A stretch of 32,000 bases of DNA. Source: Thalassobium sp. (GTDB lineage: Bacteria; Pseudomonadota; Alphaproteobacteria; Rhodobacterales; Rhodobacteraceae). Below the pieces are notes generated by a model. The model saw nothing but the letters and a program-made list of their open reading frames with translations. It had not been told where the DNA came from and made no database searches. Made by a program: the position numbers and the translations under genes. Positions 7,803 to 17,573 of this stretch are shown one piece after another (the first letter of the stretch is position 1; every line of letters starts with the position of its first letter). Where the stretch lies: NCBI GenBank assembly GCA_024640765.1, contig JAHEEK010000004.1:114575-146574 (forward strand). Direction: 5' to 3'.

Positions 7803-9218
7803 ATGGTAATGACAACCAACGCTGACATCGTAAAGATGATCAAGGACGAAGAAATCGAGTATGTCGACATCCGTTTCACAGACCCACGCGGCAAGCTGCA
7901 GCACGTAACTGTAATCAATGACGAAGTTGACGAAGACTTCCTTGATGGCGGTTTCATGTTCGACGGCTCATCCATCGCGGGCTGGAAATCGATCGAAGAG
8001 TCAGACATGAAGCTGATCCCCGATGCCAACTCTGCATATATCGATCCGTTCTATGCTGAAAAAACACTCTGCATTCACTGCTCGGTTGTGGAGCCAGACA
8101 CAGGCGAGCCCTACTCACGCGACCCACGCGGCACAGCGGAAAAAGCAGAAGCCTACCTGATCTCGAGCGGCATCGGCGACCAGTCATTCTTTGGCCCAGA
8201 AGCTGAATTCTTCCTGTTCGACGACGTACGTTTCTCTGTTGAAATGAACAAAGTGTCTTACCAGATCGACGCACAAGACGCGTCATGGAACACAGACACC
8301 GAATACGAGATGGGCAACATGGGCCACCGTCCTGGCGTTAAAGGCGGTTACTTTCCCGTTAACCCAATTGACGACGCGCAAGACATCCGCGGCGAAATGC
8401 TGTCGACCATGAAGCGCATGGGCATGAAAGTCGACAAGCACCACCACGAAGTGGCGTCATGCCAGCACGAGCTCGGCCTTGTCTTCGGTTCACTCACCAA
8501 ACAAGCCGATGAGCTGCAGAAATACAAATACGTGATCCACAACGTGGCACACGCATACGGTAAATCCGCAACCTTCATGCCAAAGCCAATCGCGGGCGAT
8601 AACGGCACAGGCATGCACGTAAACATGTCCATCTGGAAAGATGGTAAGCCATTGTTTGCAGGCGACAAATACGCCGATCTCAGCCAAGAAGCGCTGTATT
8701 TCATTGGCGGCATCTTGAAGCACGCAAAAGCACTGAACGCGTTCACAAACCCGTCCACAAACAGCTACAAGCGTTTGATTCCGGGCTTTGAAGCACCTGT
8801 TCTACGCGCATATTCTGCTCGTAACCGCTCAGGCTGCGTACGTATTCCGTGGGCCGAAAGCCCCAAAGCAAAACGCGTCGAAGCACGTTTCCCTGATCCC
8901 GCAGCCAACCCATACTTGTGCTTTGCAGCGCTGTTGATGGCTGGCCTTGACGGCATCAAAAACAAGATCGACCCAGGTGCGGCGTCTGACAAAGACCTCT
9001 ACGACCTGCCACCAGAAGAGCTCGCAGAAATTCCAACAGTCTGCGGCAGCTTGCGCGAAGCGCTTGACGCTCTGGAAGCAGATCACGAGTTCCTCTTGGC
9101 CGGTGACGTGTTCACAAAAGACCAAATTGATGGCTACGTTGCTCTCAAAATGGAAGAACTGGTGGCGTATGAGCACACACCACACCCTGTTGAGTTCAAA
9201 ATGTACTACAGCTGCTAA
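7803..9218 (+). CDS. glnA: type I glutamine synthetase
   Basis: 471 aa from ATG 7803 (AAGGGAG upstream). [17 protein letters not shown], the GS ATP-binding region and the adenylylation-loop [11 protein letters not shown] are present. It starts 34 nt downstream of glnB. Confidence 0.97.
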   Translation: MVMTTNADIVKMIKDEEIEYVDIRFTDPRGKLQHVTVINDEVDEDFLDGGFMFDGSSIAGWKSIEESDMKLIPDANSAYIDPFYAEKTLCIHCSVVEPDTGEPYSRDPRGTAEKAEAYLISSGIGDQSFFGPEAEFFLFDDVRFSVEMNKVSYQIDAQDASWNTDTEYEMGNMGHRPGVKGGYFPVNPIDDAQDIRGEMLSTMKRMGMKVDKHHHEVASCQHELGLVFGSLTKQADELQKYKYVIHNVAHAYGKSATFMPKPIAGDNGTGMHVNMSIWKDGKPLFAGDKYADLSQEALYFIGGILKHAKALNAFTNPSTNSYKRLIPGFEAPVLRAYSARNRSGCVRIPWAESPKAKRVEARFPDPAANPYLCFAALLMAGLDGIKNKIDPGAASDKDLYDLPPEELAEIPTVCGSLREALDALEADHEFLLAGDVFTKDQIDGYVALKMEELVAYEHTPHPVEFKMYYSC

Positions 9219-9242
9219 TTGCTGCTTTATATGACAGAACTA

Positions 9243-9271
9243 AGGGCGCTCCGCATCGGGGCGCCCTTTTT
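9243..9271 (+). terminator. Rho-independent terminator of glnBA
   Basis: GGGCGC (9244-9249) pairs with GCGCCC (9261-9266), followed by TTTTT. Confidence 0.7.
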
Positions 9272-9462
9272 CGTAGGCGGGTGGCAGACTTATGCGTCAC
9301 AGCCTATAGCCTGGATAAGTGACATAACTGTCTCACCAACGCGCATTAACTATCGCGAATGACACTTTTTCGACTTCGGAAACAAAACATTTCCACAATT
9401 TTAACCTTATTGTTCCCAAATCGGCATCTAAACAAAGATCATCCAATAAAAGGATTGCACAG

Positions 9463-9663
9463 ATGTCGATATCGCAGACCACATTCCCAAATGCCGCGCA
9501 CGGCCAAATCAGCCCCAAGCGTATTGAACGCAAAACCCTGTCGATCCGCAAACGAGGCAGCGGCGGATGGTCGGCCATCGCAATCCAATTACGCGCCGCG
9601 CGCCCTGCCCGCGCAACTTTGGAAGAACGCCTACGCCGCGGTCTGATCTGCTGCTCGGCCTAA
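9463..9663 (+). CDS. possible 66-aa basic hypothetical protein
   Basis: ATG is preceded by AAAGGA about 8 nt upstream. Third-position GC is higher than in the surrounding AT-rich DNA. A terminator hairpin lies 30 nt downstream. I recognised no family, and the locus could instead be a non-coding transcript. Confidence 0.3.
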   Translation: MSISQTTFPNAAHGQISPKRIERKTLSIRKRGSGGWSAIAIQLRAARPARATLEERLRRGLICCSA

Positions 9664-9692
9664 CACCAATTCCCATCTCCCCCCGACCAACT

Positions 9693-9726
9693 GCCGCGTC
9701 CGGATCACTTCTGGCGCGGCTTTTTC
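9693..9726 (+). terminator. Rho-independent terminator
   Basis: GCCGCG (9693-9698) pairs with CGCGGC (9715-9720), followed by TTTTTC. Confidence 0.65.
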
Positions 9727-9857
9727 TTGTCAGAAGCTATTTGTGCAGCCACAGGCAAAACGTAACTTCCGTCACCTTCCCGTGACGCCGATGAAGCATA
9801 ACTTGCGATTGCACCACCCAACTTGCACATATGCGACACAGCAAAAAGGGGCGCACC

Positions 9858-11077
9858 ATGCCGAGCGAGACAATTGAATTCAAAAATAACGCTGGCCTAA
9901 GCCTGTCCGCGCGTCTTGATTTACCCACAGGAGACCCTGTTGCAACGGCGCTTCTGGCCCATTGTTTTACGTGCACCAAAGACCTGCCCGCCGCACGGCG
10001 CATCGCGGCCCGTCTGTCGGCCATGGGCTTTGCTGTCTTGAGCTTTGACTTTACCGGTCTTGGGCAGTCCGAGGGGCGCTTTGCCAAAACGGATTTCACC
10101 TCAAACGTAGATGATCTGATCGCTGCGAGCGCCTATCTGACCGATCGGAATTTGACGCCGTCGCTTTTGATCGGGCACTCCCTAGGCGGGGCCGCAGTGT
10201 TGAAGGCCGCTGCTCAATTACCCCAGATTAAGGGCGTCGTGACCCTTGGTGCACCTTTTGATCCCGCGCATGTGACCCATCATTTCGCCAGCGCCATTCC
10301 AGATATAATCGCAAAAGGTTCCGCCGAAGTGACCCTTGGTGGGCGCCCCTTTACGATTGGCAAACAGTTCGTTGAGGACGTCCAAGGCATTGAAATTGAG
10401 GCCGCTGTACGAAATCTTAACGCCGCCCTTTTGGTCATGCATTCGCCCGTTGATGAAACAGTAGGCATTGAAAACGCCAGTCAGATTTTTGGCGCCGCAC
10501 GGCATCCAAAGTCATTTGTGACACTCGACAAGGCCGACCACCTGTTGCGCAGCCCCGACGATGCAGAATACGCCGCGGGTGTGATCGCCGCATGGGCCGA
10601 GCGTTATATCAATGTTACCCGCCCCGCGGCGCCCATTGGCGTGCTAGAAGGTGTTACCCGTGTGTCAGAGGCTGATCCCAAAGGGTTTTTGCAAGACATC
10701 AGATCAGGTGAAAAACATCACGTGCTTGCGGATGAGCCTCAGGCTTACGGTGGCACAAATCAAGGGATGTCCCCTTACGGGTTTCTTGCGGCGGGTCTGG
10801 GGGCATGCACATCTATGACAATTCGGATGTACGCGCGGCGCAAAGGCTGCCCCTCGAACATGTGTCCGTCGACGTCACCCACGACAAGATGCACGCCCAA
10901 GACAGCGATCCCGCGACAAATGTCCGTATTGATAATTTCCGCCGCGCGATGCACCTGTCCGGCCCTTTAACGCCCGAGCAAACCACACGTTTGATGAAAA
11001 TTGCGGACAAATGTCCGGTTCACAAAACCCTTGAGCAATCCAGCAGGATTGAGACCGTGTTTGCCTCGGGCGCGTAA
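9858..11077 (+). pseudogene. bifunctional alpha/beta hydrolase / OsmC-family protein, reading frame broken by a 1-nt deletion near 10845-10853
   Basis: The first frame carries the hydrolase part (nucleophile elbow GHSLGG) and the start of OsmC (GLGACTSMTIRMYARRKG), then reads junk to the stop at 10970. The next frame, from 10847, reads LPLEHVSVDVTHDK...KCPVHKTLEQSSRIETV, the rest of OsmC. Joined, they give about 406 aa. Confidence 0.8.
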
Positions 11078-11136
11078 GTAGCGATTGACCTGTACACGTA
11101 CACCTATCTCACTACGCTCCTAAGCGTCCGCTCATG

Positions 11137-11168
11137 AAAAAAGGCGCCCACCTAATTGGTGAGCGCCT
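11137..11168 (-). terminator. Rho-independent terminator downstream of bioY
   Basis: On the minus strand, AGGCGCTCACC-AATTA-GGTGGGCGCCT (one mismatch) is followed by TTTTTT. Confidence 0.6.
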
Positions 11169-11195
11169 AAATAACGTCAAATATGTTTTGCAGGA

Positions 11196-11795
11196 TCAGC
11201 CGCGGGCTTTGCCGATTGCTTTCCACGCCATTGGCACGATCATCGCCGCAATCGCCAATTTCAGCAGATCGCCGTAGATGAACGCTGTCAGGCCCCACTC
11301 AAGGATCGGCTTGTCCCAGCCGTAAAGTGTACCAAGCCACAACAGGCCCGGGATGTAGATAAGTGCGTTACCGATCAGCATCGCTGCGGCCATTTTCGCA
11401 GCACTACGGTCCCAACCCATGCGCGCCAAAACACCCAAGGCGAAGGTCGCAAGCACGTAGCCAACCAGATAGCCGCCTGTACCACCCATCATGTATTCAA
11501 TGCCGGACACGCCCGCCGCAGATGATGCAAACACGTCAAAGCCCGCCGCACCCAAGATCATGTAACCGATGATTGTAACCAGCCCCAAACGCGGACCATA
11601 GGCTGCGCCAACGGTCAAAACAGCCAATGTGCCAAGGGTCATTGGCACGGGGATCATGGGGATCTTCACTTTTGCAGCGATCGCCAGCGCGGCAATGCCC
11701 ACCACTACCAACATGATTTGCTTGAGGCGCAAAAGCGCGCCTTCGGATGCGCCAAACGCTTCGGTCAGGACTTTGTCGTTCATGGTCAACGCCAT
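11196..11795 (-). CDS. bioY: biotin transporter S-component BioY
   Basis: KIPMIPVPMTLGTLAVLTVGAAYGPRLG...MMGGTGGYLVGY is the BioY signature. The start is moved to MALTMNDK (ATG 11795) with GGAG upstream. Confidence 0.9.
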   Translation of the reverse strand: MALTMNDKVLTEAFGASEGALLRLKQIMLVVVGIAALAIAAKVKIPMIPVPMTLGTLAVLTVGAAYGPRLGLVTIIGYMILGAAGFDVFASSAAGVSGIEYMMGGTGGYLVGYVLATFALGVLARMGWDRSAAKMAAAMLIGNALIYIPGLLWLGTLYGWDKPILEWGLTAFIYGDLLKLAIAAMIVPMAWKAIGKARG

Positions 11796-11884
11796 ATCGG
11801 AGATCTCCAATCTTGTTCTCGTTCCCGCCTGTTTAATCGCGCACACAGCCCAATCGCAAGAGAATAAGCGCCCCGACCACAGTG

Positions 11885-12352
11885 TTAGCGACAGTACTGG
11901 CTTGTCATCACATAGTCTTTGCGCGGTCCGCGCACGTGCCAGACCGCTGCCCAAACCGGCCACTGGCTGAAATCATAAGACACATTATACTGATCCGGAT
12001 CACACCAATGCGCCGCATCGCCCCCACCCAAAGGGACCAGATGAAACGCACGGCCATCTGCAAATCGCACAGGCACATGATCCGCCCCCGAGCCATCATC
12101 AGGCGTGTCCCAGAAGTATCTGCGGGTTCCTGTAATCTTGGGGCCCAGCTCTGCCGCGCCCGAGACATCTGTCCGCTGCATTTCAAATTGTAGCGCCCCG
12201 CTTTCATCATAGACAAGACCTGACCGAACGCGGACGAATGTCCCCGTCCCGTTAAACCGCGCAACTGTGCCATCTGCATGGATAATTTTGCGGGTAATTT
12301 GCCAAACGCCCTCAAAATCGGACAACTGTCTCACTGCTGGATCTTCGCTCAT
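11885..12352 (-). CDS. conserved hypothetical protein, probably DUF6314 family (family name from memory)
   Basis: 155 aa from ATG 12352. It has an FEGVWQITRKI start and a C-terminal WHVRGPRKDY block. The longer ORF-track version overlaps purB antisense and was trimmed. Confidence 0.6.
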   Translation of the reverse strand: MSEDPAVRQLSDFEGVWQITRKIIHADGTVARFNGTGTFVRVRSGLVYDESGALQFEMQRTDVSGAAELGPKITGTRRYFWDTPDDGSGADHVPVRFADGRAFHLVPLGGGDAAHWCDPDQYNVSYDFSQWPVWAAVWHVRGPRKDYVMTSQYCR

Positions 12353-12502
12353 TCCATCATCCGTTTTGTCTATATGTATGTCGAATACGGCGCCATCATC
12401 ACCGGTGTCCCGTACCCTGCCCTTGTTCCCATCTGTCCAAGGGTTTAAGAGGCTGCCAAGCCCTTTGCCAACCCCAACTCTCTTCAAAAAAGGCCACGCC
12501 CC

Positions 12503-13804
<1,302 letters not shown>

Positions 13805-13896
13805 GCTTCATCACAGATGCGTGGCCTGCCCGCTTTGGGATTTGGCCACGCACCGCGCCGCTCTATCCTCTAACGGGCAACCAGTTACGAGGATCA

Positions 13897-14433
13897 ATGA
13901 TGCGCACCACACTTATCGCGGCCCTTGCTTTGGCACCAACTGCCCTTTTTGCGGCAGGGTCCAGCAGCTCAACACCGCCCAAAGCCACTAAAACAACGAC
14001 CAAATGTGAGACCGGAATGGTCTACGACGCGGACAAACAGAGCTGCGTCGAGATCAAGGAAAGTGCCCTTGGCAACGACGCAATGTTTGAAGCCGTGCGC
14101 GAGCTGGCCTACGCGGGCCGCCACCAAGATGCACAACAAATGCTCAATTTGATGCAAATGCCCAATGACGACCGTGTGTTGACATATCTGGGCTTCACCC
14201 ACCGCAAAATGGGCGATGCCAGCACCGGCCTTGCCTATTATCAAAAAGCGTTGGCCGTGAACCCAGACAACCTTTTGGCGCGCTCATATATGGGTCAGGG
14301 TTATGTCGAGAGTGGCGACATCGAGCTGGCCTCAGCACAGTTGACCGAAATCCGCACCCGTGGCGGTCGCGGCACATGGGCGGAGATTTCCCTGCGCATG
14401 GCTCTGCAAAACGGCCAAGGCTATAGCTATTAA
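13897..14433 (+). CDS. secreted tetratricopeptide-repeat protein
   Basis: N-terminal signal peptide MMRTTLIAALALAPTALFAAG. TPR-like segments include GLAYYQKALAVNPDNLLARSYMGQGYVESGDIELA. Confidence 0.7.
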   Translation: MMRTTLIAALALAPTALFAAGSSSSTPPKATKTTTKCETGMVYDADKQSCVEIKESALGNDAMFEAVRELAYAGRHQDAQQMLNLMQMPNDDRVLTYLGFTHRKMGDASTGLAYYQKALAVNPDNLLARSYMGQGYVESGDIELASAQLTEIRTRGGRGTWAEISLRMALQNGQGYSY

Positions 14434-14517
14434 AAACGCGCAAAATGCAATCCTTTAGGGGGTTGTTCATATCCGCTGCGTTAGATGCCCCTAATTAATC
14501 GTCACAAGGGGTGTTAT

Positions 14518-15552
14518 GTGATTCCGTCCTTTCCAGAATTGCCCGCAGCGGGTTCTGACACGGCTGGCTTGACCAAGCGTGAGAAAGCAGCCGTGATTGT
14601 GCGCGCGCTGTTGGGGGGTGGCGGTGAGTTGTCGTTGAGCACACTCGCTATTGAGCAACAGAGCGGCTTGATGGATCAAATGCGGCAGATGAGCCCCCTT
14701 GATCGCGCCACGGTTGAAGCCGTGATTGATGAATTTGTGGCCGAGTTGGAAAGCACGGCCCTGACGTTTCCCAAAGACATTGGCGGCACCCTTGATTTGA
14801 TGGGGAAATCTCTTGATCCCAGCCTTGCGGGACGGCTGCGCAAGGAGGCGGGCCTCGCCCCACAATCGAACCCGTGGGAAACCATCGCAGGCCTGCCCAT
14901 GACACAGCTGGTTGATCCGTTGGCAGGTGAAAGTATCGAGGTTTCCGCGGTTGTTTTGTCAAAACTTCAAGTTGCGAAGGCCGTTGAAATCCTTGCCGCC
15001 CTGCCCGGTGAACGCGCGGGCCGGATTACATACTCCATTTCTGTGACAACGGGCGTCACACCACAGGCAATTGAGTTGATTGGCATTTCCATCGTTGATC
15101 AACTGGGTACCCAACCGGTTCAAGCCTTCGATGACAGCCACGTTGAACGCGTCGGCGCAATCTTGAACTTTGCCCGTGCCCAAACACGTGACGACGTACT
15201 TGTAGGTCTTGATGAAACGGACCCGAAATTTGCCGAAGATGTGCGCAAATCCATCTTCACATTCGCAAATATCCCAGAACGCATTGACCCCCGCGATGTG
15301 CCCAAAATCACCAAAGACGTAGCACCCGAACAGCTTTTGACCGCCCTATCGGCGGCACTGTCGACAGGCATGGAAGCCCCCGCCAATTTCATTTTGGACA
15401 ACATGTCCAAGCGGATGGCCGAAAGTATGCGCGACGAGATCAAAGATGGCGGGCCTGTTTCTCAAGCCGATGGCGAGGATGCCATGAGCGCTGTTGTAGC
15501 CACGATCCGCGAGATGGAAGCCGCTGGCACGTTGCTGCTTCTGGCCGAGTAA
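14518..15552 (+). CDS. fliG: flagellar motor switch protein FliG
   Basis: LTKREKAAVIVRALL N-terminal block, IFTFANI (the MFxF-equivalent) and the C-terminal DNMSKRMAESMRDEIKDGGPV torque-helix block are present. The GTG start at 14518 has AAGGGG 6 nt upstream. Confidence 0.85.
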   Translation: MIPSFPELPAAGSDTAGLTKREKAAVIVRALLGGGGELSLSTLAIEQQSGLMDQMRQMSPLDRATVEAVIDEFVAELESTALTFPKDIGGTLDLMGKSLDPSLAGRLRKEAGLAPQSNPWETIAGLPMTQLVDPLAGESIEVSAVVLSKLQVAKAVEILAALPGERAGRITYSISVTTGVTPQAIELIGISIVDQLGTQPVQAFDDSHVERVGAILNFARAQTRDDVLVGLDETDPKFAEDVRKSIFTFANIPERIDPRDVPKITKDVAPEQLLTALSAALSTGMEAPANFILDNMSKRMAESMRDEIKDGGPVSQADGEDAMSAVVATIREMEAAGTLLLLAE

Positions 15553-15700
15553 ACCGCCGACGCGCGACATTCACGTCTTGTCACTCGCACATATCTTACC
15601 ATCATTGCGTCAGGGCGTTCTGACAGCTACACCGTTGAAACGGTGTGCCATTCGTGGCCTTCGGCACCAAAGAAACGACTGAAAGCAAAGCCTAACACGC

Positions 15701-16648
15701 ATGCCCCGCCCCGTTGAGCCCCAAACATCTGCGACAAAATCAGAGACACGGTTTGCCTCTATGCTTGTCCGCGTAACAATCCAACATTGGCTAACTGATC
15801 TTGTTTTGCGTACACTGATCTGGCTCACAAAACGTCTGCCTTACAAAACACGTGTGCGGTTGATGGGCCAGATCGTATCCGGTGGTATTGCCCGCGTGGC
15901 AGGATATCGGAAACGCGCGGAAAGAAACCTTACGCTGGTGTTTCCGCAGATGCCAAAGCCGGAAATTCGCAGACTTGCCAAAGCAGCTTGTGACAACGCA
16001 GGCCGCACGGTCATTGAGAATTATTCTCTAAATGACCTGGCGAAAGTCGTTCGCAAAGGCACGATCACCGGCGACGGTATGACAGCCCTACGCGCCGCCC
16101 TTGATGTTGGTCGTCCTGTAATTTTCGCAACTGGTCATTTCGGCAATTACGAAGCGCTTCGGATCCTTTTGAAAGACCAAGGGATCACGATCGGCGCTCT
16201 TTACCGACCAATGAAAAACCCGTTCTTCAACGCCCACTACGTGGAAGCCATGAAAAGCGTAAGCGGTCCAATGTTTGCCCAAGGACGCAGTGGGACACGG
16301 GGGTTTGTCAAACATCTGCGCGCGGGCGGCCCATTGGTTTTGCTTTATGACATTTACTCGGGAAGCTCGCCAGAAATTCCGTTTATGGGGCAACCAACGC
16401 GCACCGTTCAAAGCATTGGCGAACTAGCTTTGAAGTTTGACGCGCTGGTGCTGCCGTATTTCTGCATCCGCAACACAGACGGCATCACGTTTCAAACCAA
16501 ATTAGAGGCGCCCGTGGAGGGTGACAGCCCAGAGGCGATTATGATTGAGTTGAACCGCCGATTAGAACAAAAAGTCTACGCACATCCCGAACAGTGGTTT
16601 TGGATACACCGACGTTGGAAGAATATTCTTGGCGTGTCTTCTAACTGA
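15701..16648 (+). CDS. lysophospholipid / lipid A late acyltransferase family protein (LpxL/HtrB-like)
   Basis: HX4E active-site motif in ATGHFGNYE and the C-terminal PEQWFWIHRRWK block are typical of the family. The start is uncertain (15701 or 15761; neither has a clear SD). Confidence 0.8.
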   Translation: MPRPVEPQTSATKSETRFASMLVRVTIQHWLTDLVLRTLIWLTKRLPYKTRVRLMGQIVSGGIARVAGYRKRAERNLTLVFPQMPKPEIRRLAKAACDNAGRTVIENYSLNDLAKVVRKGTITGDGMTALRAALDVGRPVIFATGHFGNYEALRILLKDQGITIGALYRPMKNPFFNAHYVEAMKSVSGPMFAQGRSGTRGFVKHLRAGGPLVLLYDIYSGSSPEIPFMGQPTRTVQSIGELALKFDALVLPYFCIRNTDGITFQTKLEAPVEGDSPEAIMIELNRRLEQKVYAHPEQWFWIHRRWKNILGVSSN

Positions 16649-17350
16649 CTAACGCAGCCGCGCAGCACCCAAGATTGCACCTTGCGTTGCCGCTTGAATG
16701 ATCGCCACAACAGGTCCGTCTTCGTCGTTTTCAATACTCAGCGACAGCGGCGCACGGCCATCCCATTTGCCAACCATTTGCCAATCATGGACAACGTTGG
16801 CGTATCCCAAAGTCTTACCGCGGTTCTCTCCGCGCTCAATTGCGACAGTTTGCAACGGGGTATAGCGTACCAGTTGAACAACCATTTGGCGTGGCTCATC
16901 AGTTTGCGCCGTTACCTTCAGCTGATTACCGGAACGGGTCAGCCCTACATCAACTGTTGCCTGTAGACTGCGGTGTTCTTGGACAAAATCAGCCAGCTGC
17001 ATCGGCTTGTAGCCAACCACATGATCAACCCCGCCTACGATCATCTGCGGCGTATAGATTGACCGCGATCCGGCCGCGCGGGCGTAGCCTTTTTGTCGCT
17101 TGGTAAAGGCCGGATTCGCAAACTTGTCTTTCCAGCCGATGTAATCCCAATAATCAACGTGCAACGCCAGCGCGATGACATCATCGCGGGCGGCCAATTC
17201 ATGAAGCAACGCATCTGCAGGAGGGCAACTTGAACACCCTTGCGATGTGAACAATTCGACCACAATCGGATGATCGTCCGCCGCACTTGGACCCACGCTG
17301 CCAAATGCGCCAACTGCCGCCATTCCCGCTGCAAATATAAACTGCTTCAT
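16649..17350 (-). CDS. DUF1223 domain protein (secreted, thioredoxin-like CxxC)
   Basis: From MKQFIFAAGMAAVGAF (ATG 17350, GAGGAAG upstream). VVELFTSQGCSSCPPAD...HVDYWDYIGWKD is the DUF1223 signature. The ORF-track N-terminal extension was rejected. Confidence 0.85.
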   Translation of the reverse strand: MKQFIFAAGMAAVGAFGSVGPSAADDHPIVVELFTSQGCSSCPPADALLHELAARDDVIALALHVDYWDYIGWKDKFANPAFTKRQKGYARAAGSRSIYTPQMIVGGVDHVVGYKPMQLADFVQEHRSLQATVDVGLTRSGNQLKVTAQTDEPRQMVVQLVRYTPLQTVAIERGENRGKTLGYANVVHDWQMVGKWDGRAPLSLSIENDEDGPVVAIIQAATQGAILGAARLR

Positions 17351-17573
17351 GAAGTCTTCCTCAGGTTTCCCCCTTCCTAACTCACGCGAGCCCCATGCGC
17401 CAATCAAGGTTTTGCGATCCATATGACAACCAAACGCGTGGTTGCATCTTATTTCGGTGTGCAATTGTATACAAAAATATACCAAAACGTCGATTAGCCG
17501 TTGATTTTTTGAACCGAACGGCGCTAAACCGCACTTAAACCTGATCAACCGTAGCCCTTTGGAAGGATGCCAA

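Noticed and set aside
14434-14517. A CtrA box upstream of fliG.
   Set aside because: Only an isolated TAATTAAT-type AT-rich patch (14492-14499) is present. There is no full TTAA-N7-TTAAC site.
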